Shown here: in pieces, positions 8,742 to 18,605 of the stretch | Layout of the letters: every line of letters begins with the position of its first letter | How positions within the stretch are numbered: position 1 is the stretch's first letter | NCBI GenBank assembly: GCA_963746475.1 | Contig: CAVVBB010000003.1 | Location: 368,938 to 432,937 of the forward strand | From: an uncultured delta proteobacterium | GTDB lineage: Bacteria > Myxococcota_A > Polyangia > Polyangiales > Houyiibacteriaceae | Length of the DNA: 64,000 bases | Direction: 5' to 3' | The notes under the pieces: generated by a model | Told to the model about the DNA's origin: nothing | The model's database searches: none | The model's input: the letters and a program-made list of their open reading frames with translations, nothing else | Translations under genes and position numbers: made by a program

Positions 8742-10154
8742 ATGCTCTCGAAGATCCGCGCGCAGCTCCTGGCACCACGAGACCTCGCTTCGCTGGCGGC
8801 ATACCGCTTCATGTTCGGCAGCTTGCTCTGCCTGAGCAGCCTGCGGTTCCTCTGGAACGGCTGGGTCGAACGCTTCTACGAGCAGCCGAGCTTCTTTTTC
8901 AAGTACTACGGCTTCGCCTGGGTAGAGGTTTTGCCCGCCCCCTGGATGACCGTGGCTTTCGTCACCTTGGCCATCCTCGGGGCGTGCGTGGCCTTCGGTT
9001 TTCTGTACAGATTCTCGATCGTCGCCTTCTTCTTGCTCTTCACCTACGTCGAGCTGATCGACGTCACGAACTACCTGAATCACTACTACCTGGTCAGTCT
9101 GCTCTCTTTGCTGATGTGCTTCTTGCCGCTGAACCGAGCGTACTCCATCGACGCTCGGCTGTGGCCGGAGCGAGCCTCTGCGACCGTTCCGAGCTGGGTG
9201 CACTACCTGCTGCGCTTTCAGGTCGGCGTGGTCTACTTCTTCGCCGGCATGGCCAAGCTACAGCCCGATTGGCTACTGCACGCGCAGCCGCTCGGCATCT
9301 GGCTGGCCTCGCGTACCGAGACACCGCTGCTCGGGCCGCTGCTCAGCCTTCCGATCATGCCTTTCCTGATGAGCTGGGCAGGCTTTGTGTTCGATACCTT
9401 CATCGTGGCCTTCCTGCTGTGGCGCAGAAGCCGCCCCTACGCCTTCGCGGCCGTGATCTCGTTTCACGTCTGCACGCACCTGCTCTTCGTCATCGGGCTG
9501 TTTCCGTTCCTGATGGTCTGTAACGCCACACTCTTCTTCGAGCCGGATTGGCCCGTCCGGCTTTGGAGCCGGCTCAGCGGCAAGACCCCAGAACAGCTGT
9601 CGCACTCCCTCCCGAGGAACCACCGGCCACGCTGGTCCGCATGGGGCGCAACGGCCATCGCGCTTTACTGCCTGGTGCAACTGGCCCTTCCGATGCGCGC
9701 GCTGGCTTACCCGGGCAACGCGCTCTGGAACGAACAGGGCATGCGGTTCGCCTGGCGCGTCATGGTGCGCGAAAAGAACGGCTCCATCCTGTATCGCGTG
9801 CGCTGGCACGGCCGCGACACCGAGCTTCGCGTGCCACCGCGAAAGTACCTGACCGCACACCAGGAACGCGAAATGTCGGGGCAGCCCGACCTGATTCTGC
9901 AGCTGGCCCATCGCATCGCCGAAGACTTCGAAGCCCAAGGTCGGCTGGACGTGCAAGTCCGCGTGGACGCGCTCGTCTCGCTCAACGGGCGCCGAGCAGC
10001 GCCGATGATCGACCCCAACACAGACCTTGCAGCTCAGCGGGACGGCCTCGGTGTCATGAGCTGGATTGAACCGAGCCCGCGCTCGAAACCCTTGCCCGCC
10101 AGTCGAAAACATCGCGAGCAGCGCATAGCGCTACAGGCCCCAGACTCCCCTTGA
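8742..10154 (+). CDS. HTTM domain protein (vitamin K-dependent gamma-carboxylase-like integral membrane protein)
   Basis: The N-terminus LAAYRFMFGSLLCLSSLRFLWNGWVERFY is followed by multiple transmembrane helices and a C-terminal soluble domain. This is the typical bacterial VKGC-like HTTM architecture. Confidence 0.8.
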   Translation: MLSKIRAQLLAPRDLASLAAYRFMFGSLLCLSSLRFLWNGWVERFYEQPSFFFKYYGFAWVEVLPAPWMTVAFVTLAILGACVAFGFLYRFSIVAFFLLFTYVELIDVTNYLNHYYLVSLLSLLMCFLPLNRAYSIDARLWPERASATVPSWVHYLLRFQVGVVYFFAGMAKLQPDWLLHAQPLGIWLASRTETPLLGPLLSLPIMPFLMSWAGFVFDTFIVAFLLWRRSRPYAFAAVISFHVCTHLLFVIGLFPFLMVCNATLFFEPDWPVRLWSRLSGKTPEQLSHSLPRNHRPRWSAWGATAIALYCLVQLALPMRALAYPGNALWNEQGMRFAWRVMVREKNGSILYRVRWHGRDTELRVPPRKYLTAHQEREMSGQPDLILQLAHRIAEDFEAQGRLDVQVRVDALVSLNGRRAAPMIDPNTDLAAQRDGLGVMSWIEPSPRSKPLPASRKHREQRIALQAPDSP

Positions 10155-12716
10155 GCTTAGACGTGACTTCAGCCCGTATCCGAAACGCGCTCTTGCAGAG
10201 CGTTCTAGCCCTCTCACTGATCAGCGCTTGCGCACTGCTGTGGCGCACGCCAGCCGCCCTTGCACAGGAAGAGCGGCCGACGGTCGAGCCGAAGCCGCAA
10301 GGCGCAGCTGAGCCTCCGCCGGCCGGAGAAGCCGCCGCGCCGGCCGGCGCCAGCGATGCCGAGAACCAGGTCCCGGCGGCCCCCGAGGGGTCGGCTGAAG
10401 ATGCCGCGGCTCCGTCCGCGACCGGACCGGACATGCTGGACGAGGAGCTTCGCAGGCTCGACGAAGAAGTCTTTGGCGAGGACGAGCCCGCGGCCCCTGT
10501 AACGCCCACCCCTTTGGCGCCCAACGAACAGGCGGCCAGCAAGACTGAAGGAGCCGTGCCAGAGCTCCGCGAAGTCACCGTACGCTACAAGCCCGAGGAC
10601 ATCTTCCGCATGGGCGGTTCGGTTCAGACCCTCGGCGAGGAACAGCTGCAGAAGATGCAGTACGACGACCCGAACGCCGTCGTCGTGCAGCTCCCCGGTG
10701 TCTACGTCCGCCAGGAAGACGCCTTTGGCTTACGGCCGAACATCGGGATGCGTGGCGCAAGCTCGGATCGGAGCCGCAAGTTGACGCTCATGGAGGACGG
10801 CGTCCTCTTCGGCCCAGCGCCGTATTCTGCGCCCGCGGCATACTACTTCCCCATCATGAACTTCATGACAGGCGTCGAGGTGTTCAAGGGGCCAGCCTCC
10901 ATCCTGTACGGGCCCAACACCGTCGGTGGCGCCTTGAACCTGCTGAGCCGAGAGGTGCCGGAAGAGCCAGAAGGCCAGATGGAGATCGCCTACGGCCGCT
11001 TTCAGTACATCAGGGCCCACCTGCACTATGGCGCCCACAACGACTGGGGTGGCTTCCTCATCGATGGGATTTACCTGGGCAGCAAGGGCTTCAAGGACAT
11101 CGACGGGGACTACGGCACGGACAACACGGGCTTTCAGCGCAGCGAGCTCATGCTGAAGGGGTACGTCAACACCAAGCCGAGCAAGCACGTCTACAACCGA
11201 CTCGAGCTCAAGCTCGACGCTCGGCCGGGAGCGCTCGAACGAAACCTACCTGGGCCTCAGCGACGAAGACTTTCGCGACGACCCCTACAGACGCTACGCG
11301 GCGAGCCAACTCGACAACATGCGCTGGTGGCGAACGGCTGTGCAGCTTCAGCATGACCTGGCAGTCGGAGACCACGTCACACTGCAAACCACGGCCTATC
11401 GGCACGACTTCCAACGAACCTGGGAGCGGCTCAACCAGTTCAGCAGCGAGGTGCCGACGCTGCTGCAGACCGTTACCAACCCCGACGCCTACGGAAACCA
11501 CTACCGAACGCTCACTGGCGAGCAGGACTCTGCCGACAACTTCCCGCAGCCCATCAACCTACAGGTCATCAACAACGAGCGCGACTTCGTCGTGATGGGT
11601 GTTCAGACCAGCCTGCGCGCAGATTTCGACACCGGCGAGCTGGAGCACGAGATCGAATCCGGGCTTCGCTTTCACTATGACTCCGTCGACCGCTTCCACC
11701 CCAACGACGTCTATGCGATGCAAAGTGACCAGCTCGTGTTTCAAGGCGAAGGCGCGCTGGCGACCGACAACAAGGGCGAGGCACAGGCCCTGGCCGGCTA
11801 TCTCATGTATGGCCTGCAGTTCCGCGGCTTCACGGCCAAGCCTGGCATTCGCGTGGAGTACATTCGCACGTTCTTCGAAAACGAGCTGGACCCCGACGAC
11901 ACCAGCCGCGTCAAAGGAAAGCCGCAGATCGTCCCGCTTCCGGGCCTCGGCCTTCAGTACAGCATCACCGACGAAATCGCAGTCCTCGCCGGCGTGCACC
12001 GTGGCTTCAGCCCCGTGTCGCCAGAGAGCCGCGCGCCGGCGGACGGCTCGGGCGACGGTGACTTCGCCGACCCCGAGCTCTCGGTCAACTACGAGGCCGG
12101 CGCTCGGTACGGCACTGAGTCCGGCCTCGCCTTCGGAGAAGTCATCGGCTTCTTCAACGACTACAGCAACATCACGGGCACCTGCACCGGCTCCGCCAGC
12201 TGCGCACCGGACCAGCTCGACCAGCAGTTCAACGGAGGCCGCGCCTTCATCGGCGGCGTCGAGCTGCTCGGCGGCTACACGCTGGTCCTGCCCCGGGAGT
12301 TCGCCATGCCGCTCCGCGGCACGTACACGTATACGAACGCGAGCTTCCGAACGAGCTTCGACTCGGCGGATCCCGTATTCGGAAGCGTGGAGAAGGGCGA
12401 CGAAGTCCCCTACGTTCCGCGCCACCAGTTCAACCTGCAGGTCGGCCTCGAGAAGAGCTTCTGGGCCGTGTACACGACGGGAACCTATTACGGCAGTATG
12501 CGAGAGGGCCAGGTCGTCCCCGGCGGCCAAGACCTCCCGCGCACGGACGACTACTTCGTCCTCGACCTCATGGGCCGCATCCGCTTCGAGCCCATCGAGG
12601 CCTACCTGCGCCTTCAGAACGTCACCAACGCCCAGGCCATCGTCGCCCGGCGCCCCTTCGGCGCACGCCCCAACGCCCCCTTCACGGCGCAGCTTGGCGT
12701 GCAGGTGACGTTCTAG
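10151..12716 (+). pseudogene. TonB-dependent outer-membrane receptor, interrupted by an apparent +1 frameshift near 11220-11231
   Basis: The plug motifs (VVQLPGVYVRQE, NIGMRGASSDRSRKLTLMEDGV) lie in the 10151 frame. The barrel sequence (ERSNETYLGLSDEDFRDDPYRRYAASQLDNMRWW ... terminal VQVTF) continues in the frame of the 11319 ORF, which is open back to about 11190. Confidence 0.75.
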
Positions 12717-12793
12717 TCTGAGTCGTGGCCGTTGGCTCGAGGGCTCATACGCCAGGATTTCCCTCATGATTTTGGGCAACAATTCGCCTTGTT

Positions 12794-12812
12794 GAAAACG
12801 ATTATCAGTGTC
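12794..12812. promoter_or_regulatory. Fur-box-like sequence upstream of tonB
   Basis: GAAAACGATTATCAGTGTC matches GATAATGATwATCATTATC at 15 of 19 positions (hand count). It lies in an AT-rich patch 15 nt before the tonB GTG. Confidence 0.35.
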
Positions 12813-12826
12813 AGGATGCGCTCGCG

Positions 12827-13585
12827 GTGTCCCTCTCGGCGCGATACGGCAGCTTTCTGATTCCTTCGCTGATGATCCATGGGGTCATCTTCAGCGCGCT
12901 GGCCAGCGTGCGTCCGGAGGACGAAAGCGCGCGGGTTCGAACCGTGGAATTCACATTGATCACGGAGCTCGGCGGAGGCCGTCCGGGCAATGACGAGCAC
13001 ATCGGCGACGCCGTGGCGCCGATGCCGGAAACGGAACGAGAGCTCTTCAAAAAGGTGTCGCCGGAACCGAGGAAGGCCCGCAAGCCGCTCGCCATCGCCC
13101 CTGCGCCGACTCCGAAGGAGTCTAGGCAGGATTCCGAACGAGCCAGCACGGACGGCGCCGCGGAAGGTCCGGACGCTCAGGACTCCAAGGCTTCGTCGGG
13201 CGGCGCATCGACGATGTCGGGGAGCGCTGGCAGGGATCCGAACGCCACGGGTTCCGGCTCGGGGCTCGGGGGTCAAGGGGTGGACCGGCGCTCGGCACTT
13301 CGCGCGTGGATTCGGCAGCTTCAACGCGAGGTGAACAAACTCGCGACGCGCAACTATCCGCGAACCGCGGTGCGCATGGGGCTGGAAGGCCGCTTGCGCC
13401 TCGCGCTCATGATCGCCGAGGACGGGACGATCCGTAGCGTGCGACTGCTCACTTCATCCGGCCACGCGGTGCTCGACGAAGCGGCCAGCGAAGCCGTGAT
13501 GCGAATCCGCGTGCCGGCCCCGCCCGCGGAGCTCCAGTGGACCGAGCGCGAAATCCCACTGCCGATTCGCTACAGCCTCAACTGA
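12827..13585 (+). CDS. tonB: Energy transducer TonB
   Basis: N-terminal transmembrane helix, a Pro/Lys-rich spacer (PEPRKARKPLAIAPAPTPKE), and a C-terminal TonB domain (RNYPRTAVRMGLEGRLRLALMIAEDGTIRSVRLLTSSGHAVLDEAA). Confidence 0.85.
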   Translation: MSLSARYGSFLIPSLMIHGVIFSALASVRPEDESARVRTVEFTLITELGGGRPGNDEHIGDAVAPMPETERELFKKVSPEPRKARKPLAIAPAPTPKESRQDSERASTDGAAEGPDAQDSKASSGGASTMSGSAGRDPNATGSGSGLGGQGVDRRSALRAWIRQLQREVNKLATRNYPRTAVRMGLEGRLRLALMIAEDGTIRSVRLLTSSGHAVLDEAASEAVMRIRVPAPPAELQWTEREIPLPIRYSLN

Positions 13586-13622
13586 GCGCCGAGCGAGGAC
13601 CGGACAGCCAGAGCCCTGCGCG

Positions 13623-14297
13623 TCAGTCGTGGTCGCCCGCAGCCGCGGCCTCCGCCGTCGAACCTGCTCCGGTGGCATAGAGCTTCACGGCCTTCTGATA
13701 TTCGGCAGAATCTGGCGAAACGGCTGTCCACTCCCCTTCGAGCTGCTCACACTGACGCTCGAACGACGGGTCGTCGATGGCCGTCTTCGGGTTGTAGTAC
13801 TTGTACGTGACGAGGACTTTGCCGATCGTCGCGTACTCCCTCATGAAGGCCCGCTCTTCCTCGCTCATCTCCTTCGGCGGGGCGGCGCCGAGCGGGACCT
13901 CGTAGCTGCACTGGGACAGTGCCGGGCGGTCACGAAAGCTGTCATCGCAGCCGTTTGGGACGAACTCCTTTTCGTCGTCCCACCTAACCAGCACTTTCGC
14001 GAACAAGCCCTTCAGGATTTGCAGCTGCCCCTCGGCAAGGGGCGTCTCCTGGGTCGAGGGAACCACCATCTGGATGCGGGTGCAGCGGCTGAGCCCTTCC
14101 GCGCTAGCGTCGGAGAGCTCGACCGCGGGACCGGTCCAACCTTCGAGCTCGACGAGCGCATGCGTCGCCTCGGAAGGCTTGAGCGGGGCTTGCCTCTGCG
14201 CCGACGGCGCCTTTGAAGCCGCGGCCTCGGAAGCCGGCCCCTCTTGGCTCTTACTGCAAGCGCTCAGGCAGAGCGTCAGGATCAGCAGGTATCGCAT
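13623..14297 (-). CDS. Lipoprotein, unknown function
   Basis: The internal ATG at 14297 gives MRYLLILTLCLSAC (lipobox). The longer track ORF (to 14699) runs antisense into trpE and is rejected. Confidence 0.7.
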   Translation of the reverse strand: MRYLLILTLCLSACSKSQEGPASEAAASKAPSAQRQAPLKPSEATHALVELEGWTGPAVELSDASAEGLSRCTRIQMVVPSTQETPLAEGQLQILKGLFAKVLVRWDDEKEFVPNGCDDSFRDRPALSQCSYEVPLGAAPPKEMSEEERAFMREYATIGKVLVTYKYYNPKTAIDDPSFERQCEQLEGEWTAVSPDSAEYQKAVKLYATGAGSTAEAAAAGDHD

Positions 14298-14346
14298 GAA
14301 ACGGAGTTTACCAGACGGAGGACCGGGCTCGCAGCTTATGCGCCCT

Positions 14347-15842
14347 CTATCCGCGATGGCTCTGGAGTGCGACCAGGCCGGCCCTGGCCTTGTTGACGGT
14401 CTCCTCGTACTCCTTGTCTGGGTCGCTTGCCTCGACAATCCCAGCCCCCGCCTGAAGCCAAACCTCACCATCCCGCTCGACGATGGTCCGGATCGCGATG
14501 GCCACGTCCATGTTCCCATCGAAGCCGATGTAGCCGACCGCGCCCCCGTAGACGCCGCGCCTCTCGGGCTCGAGCTCTTCGATGATCTGCATGGCGCGCA
14601 CTTTGGGCGCGCCGCTGAGGGTGCCTGCCGGGAAGGTCGCGCGGAGCACGTCGAGGGCGTCCCGGCCGGGCGCGAGCTCACCGACCACGTTCGAAACAAT
14701 GTGCATGACGTGCGAGTAGCGCTCGATGATCATGCGGTCGGTGACCCGCACGGTTCCCGGCTGGCTGATGCGACCGACGTCGTTTCGGCCGAGGTCGACG
14801 AGCATGACGTGCTCGGCCCGTTCCTTGGGGTCGGCCAGAAGCTCTTCGGCGATCTCGGCGTCCCGTGCCTCGGTCTCTCCGCGCGGGCGGGTGCCGGCGA
14901 TAGGCCGGACCTGGGCCTCTCCGTCCTCGAGCCGGACGAGTGTCTCGGGGCTGGCGCCCGCGATAACCCGGTCGGGCAAGCGCAGGAAGTACATATACGG
15001 GCTCGGGTTGATGACGCGCATGGTCCGATAGATGTCGAACACGTCCGCCTTGCCCAGCGGCACGCGGAAGCGCTGCGACAAGACGACCTGAAAGATGTCT
15101 CCGGCCCGGATGTACTCCTTGGCGCGCTCGACGGCCTCACAAAAGCCGGGACGATCGAACGAGGAAGGTGGCAGGTCTGCGCTGGGCTCGATGCCAGGCG
15201 GATGCAGTCGCGGTGGAAGCGTCGGCTCGTCGAGGCGCTCGAGAGCAGCCTCGATTCGCTTGGTCGCGCGACGGTAGACATCCCGGGGATCCCCGTCAAT
15301 CCGGGCCGGCACCACGACCCGAAGCGTCCCGCGCACATTGTCGAAGATGAGCACCGTGCCGCCGAGCGCGAAGCAGAACTCCCAGTCGTCCTCCCGCGTG
15401 TTGCCCTCACCGACGCTGGGCTCGAAGCTGCGCACGGCGTCGTAACTCACGAAGCCCACGGCCCCGCCCCAGAAGCGCGGCAGCCAGTCGCACACCGGCG
15501 GCTTCCACTCGGCCAGGGTCTCGCGAAGGCGCTCCCAGGGGTCGACGCCGAGCTCCTGCTGGACTTGTCCGCTGACGAGGGTCTCGAAACGATCGGCCAC
15601 CCCACGAACGATGGCGTCCGGATCGAAGCCCACGAAGCTGTAGCGGGCCCACTTCTCCCCCCCTCGACGCTCTCGAGCAGGTAGCTGCCCGGCTGCCGAC
15701 CGACCGTCGCTTGCGCCACGACCGGCGTGATGCGGTCCGCCAGGACCTCCCGAAAAACCGGGATGACGGTGGCCTCGGAGGCGAGGCGCTCAAAGTTTTC
15801 CAGTCGGGGGTAGTATTCGCTCACGGGATTGTTGATTATCAC
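14347..15842 (-). pseudogene. trpE: Anthranilate synthase component I, split by a 1-nt frameshift in a C7/G7 homopolymer (15657-15663)
   Basis: The N-terminal part ...FERLASEATVIPVFREVLADRITPV...GSYLLESVEGG is in one frame. EKWARYSFVGFDPDAIVRG ... GTRPRG ... GAPKVRAMQIIEELE ... YGGAVGYIGF continues in another frame. The start is tentatively the GTG at 15842 (alternative 15824). Confidence 0.85.
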
Positions 15843-15946
15843 CCCGCCCTGCGCTCGCCAAGGGGGGGATGCTTTGACTGGAGCCGGTACCGCAAGCCCC
15901 ACCAGGCCTTCCGTGCTAAGGGTCACGCCTCGCCGAAGGAGAGAGC

Positions 15947-17200
15947 ATGGCCGATCCACATCTCGCGGAAATCGACCCGGAAATCGCGGAATGCATTGCA
16001 AGGGAAACCCAGCGCCAGCACGAGAAGCTGAGGCTGATTCCCAGTGAAAACTACGCCAGCACGGCCGTCATGGAGGCCTGTGGCAGCGTCCTTAACAACA
16101 AGTACTCGGAAGGCTACGCTGGGCGCCGGTACTACGAAGGCCAGCAGCACATCGACGAAGTCGAAAGCCTGGCCATCGAGCGCCTCAAGTCCCTCTTCGG
16201 GGTGGACCACGCGAACGTGCAGCCCTACTCCGGCTCCCCGGCGAACCTCGGTGTCTACTTCGCTTTTTGTAACCCCGGGGACACCATCATGGGCATGGGT
16301 CTGCCGAGCGGCGGGCATCTGACCCACGGCTGGAAGGTCTCGATCACCGGCAAGTACTTCAACGCCATCCAGTATGGTGTGCGACCCGACGACCACCTCA
16401 TCGACTTCGACCAGGTCGCTGCGATGGCACGCGAGCACAAACCCAAACTCCTGTTCTGTGGGGCGACGGCGTTCCCGCGCGTCATCGACTTCCCGAAGTT
16501 CGCGGAGATCGCCAAAGAGGTCGGCGCGATTCTCGTTGCCGACATCGCGCACATCTCCGGGCTCGTCGCGGGCGGTGCGCACCCCTCGCCGGTGGGACAC
16601 GCGGAGGTCATCAGCAGCACGACCCACAAGACCTTCCGCGGGCCACGCGGCGGGATGATTCTGTGCGACGAGAAGCACAAGAAGGCCATCGACCGGGCGG
16701 TGTTCCCGGGTCTTCAGGGTGGCCCGCACAACGGCACGACGGCGGGCATCGCCATCGCGGCCAAGCTCGCCGCGACCGATGACTTCAAGCGGTACGCGCA
16801 GGCCATCGTCGACAACGCGCGCACCCTAGCGGACACCCTGCTGTCGCGCGGCTTCGATCTGGTCACAGGCGGCACGGACAACCACCTGATTCTGATCGAC
16901 CTGACCGGCAAAGACGTGCCGGGCAAGGTTGCGGCGCAGGCGCTGGATCGGGCCGGCATCGTCACCAACTACAACTCGGTGCCGTTCGACAAGCGCAAGC
17001 CCTTCGACCCGAGCGGTGTCCGCATCGGCACGCCGGCCATCACGAGCCGCGGCATGGCTACCGACGAGATGAAGCGTCTGGGTCACTGGATCGGCGACGT
17101 CGTCGACAACATCGAGGACGAGGCTCGCATCGCGAGCATCGCGGCCGAGGTCAAAGAGATGTGCGACCAGTTCCCTGCCCCCGGAGTCCCCGCCCCGTAA
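15947..17200 (+). CDS. glyA: Serine hydroxymethyltransferase
   Basis: SENYASTAVMEACGSVLNNKYSEGY and the PLP-lysine motif TTHKTFRGPRGG. GAAGGAGAG Shine-Dalgarno sequence upstream. Confidence 0.97.
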   Translation: MADPHLAEIDPEIAECIARETQRQHEKLRLIPSENYASTAVMEACGSVLNNKYSEGYAGRRYYEGQQHIDEVESLAIERLKSLFGVDHANVQPYSGSPANLGVYFAFCNPGDTIMGMGLPSGGHLTHGWKVSITGKYFNAIQYGVRPDDHLIDFDQVAAMAREHKPKLLFCGATAFPRVIDFPKFAEIAKEVGAILVADIAHISGLVAGGAHPSPVGHAEVISSTTHKTFRGPRGGMILCDEKHKKAIDRAVFPGLQGGPHNGTTAGIAIAAKLAATDDFKRYAQAIVDNARTLADTLLSRGFDLVTGGTDNHLILIDLTGKDVPGKVAAQALDRAGIVTNYNSVPFDKRKPFDPSGVRIGTPAITSRGMATDEMKRLGHWIGDVVDNIEDEARIASIAAEVKEMCDQFPAPGVPAP

Positions 17201-17333
17201 CGCACTGGGCTGGGGCGCGAGTAGACGAGAGGCCCGCGTGGCCCTCGGTGCTGCCTGCCGCGGATGGCCCGCGGCTCAGGCACGCCACTGGTGTTCAGTT
17301 TCTCGCATCGCGCGGCACGGCCTCGCTGCTAAG

Positions 17334-18593
17334 ATGGGTTTGATGGCTTTGCACGGAAAGCAGCTCGTGGTCGGGATTGGCGGTGGCATTGCTGCCTTCA
17401 AGGCCGTGGCCCTGGTGCGCGAGCTCATCCGTCGCGGCGCCGAGGTGCGGGTCGTCATGACCCAGAGCGCGACCCGCTTCGTCGGGCCCATCACCTTTGC
17501 CGGCCTCACGGGCCGGCCTGCGGTCACCGATCTGTGGGCCGAAGACTACGCCGGCGAGGTACACGTCGAGCTCGGGAACTGGGCGGACGCCATGGTCATC
17601 GCGCCGACCACGATGAACCTGCTGGCGCGCGCTGCCAGCGGGCAGGCTGATGATCCGGTCCTGGCGACCCTCGCCTGCGCGCGCGGCCCGGTCTTCTTTG
17701 CGCCGGCGATGCACGAGCGCATGTGGTCACAGCCCGCGACCCGCGCCAATGTGGTCACCCTGCAGAGCCGGGGCGGCATCATGCTCGGACCGGTCACCGG
17801 TGAGCTCGCGAGTGGCGAAGTCGGCGAAGGCCGAATGATGGAGCCGCAAGACATGGCGACCGCCATCGAAGCCGAGCTGACCCTTCCCCGTCGTTCGAAG
17901 GACCTGCAAGGAAAGCGAATCTTGGTCACAGCCGGGCCGACCTACGAAGACCTCGATCCCGTCCGCTTTCTAGGGAACCGCTCGACGGGCCGCATGGGTT
18001 ACGCCATCGCGTCCCGCGCAGCCCGGCGAGGTGCAGAGGTCATTCTGGTCAGCGGACCCGTAGAGCTCGCCCCCCCCGCCGGCGTCGAACGAGTCTCGGT
18101 GCGGTCCGCGCGCGAAATGCACGCCGCCGTGATGCAGCGCTTCGAGTCCTGCAACGTCGCCATCATGACCGCGGCGGTGGCGGATTACCGACCCGAAAAG
18201 ACGGAAAACCACAAGATCAAGAAGACCGCCAAACTCGAGCTCAGTCTGGTCCGCAACCCCGACATCCTGGCGGAGATCGGCCAGCTACGCGCTGACAAAC
18301 CAGAGGTTTTGGTCGGATTCGCCCTCGAAACGCAGGGTCTGGAGGCATCGGCGCGGGCCAAGCTCTCCTCGAAGAGGGCCGACCTGATCGTGGCGAACGA
18401 AGCCTCGGACGGGCTCGGTGGAGACAGCAATCGTGCAATCCTTGTGGATGAACGCGGCTCCACCTCGCTCCCGAAGCTGTCCAAACACGCACTGGCCGAC
18501 GAAATTCTCGACCGAGTCGGGGAGCTTCTGATGCAGAATGCCAACAAGCTCAGCCTGGGTGCCGACGCGCCCAGTGGTGACCCTCCCAACTGA
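17334..18593 (+). CDS. coaBC: Bifunctional phosphopantothenoylcysteine decarboxylase / phosphopantothenate-cysteine ligase
   Basis: The flavoprotein N-terminus is LVVGIGGGIAAFKAVALVREL. The CoaB half has ITAGPTYEDLDPVRFLGNRSTGRMG and AAVADYRP. The start is ATG 17334 or 17343; the track start at 17238 looks like upstream read-through. Confidence 0.93.
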   Translation: MGLMALHGKQLVVGIGGGIAAFKAVALVRELIRRGAEVRVVMTQSATRFVGPITFAGLTGRPAVTDLWAEDYAGEVHVELGNWADAMVIAPTTMNLLARAASGQADDPVLATLACARGPVFFAPAMHERMWSQPATRANVVTLQSRGGIMLGPVTGELASGEVGEGRMMEPQDMATAIEAELTLPRRSKDLQGKRILVTAGPTYEDLDPVRFLGNRSTGRMGYAIASRAARRGAEVILVSGPVELAPPAGVERVSVRSAREMHAAVMQRFESCNVAIMTAAVADYRPEKTENHKIKKTAKLELSLVRNPDILAEIGQLRADKPEVLVGFALETQGLEASARAKLSSKRADLIVANEASDGLGGDSNRAILVDERGSTSLPKLSKHALADEILDRVGELLMQNANKLSLGADAPSGDPPN

Positions 18594-18605
18594 CCGGAGA
18601 AACTT

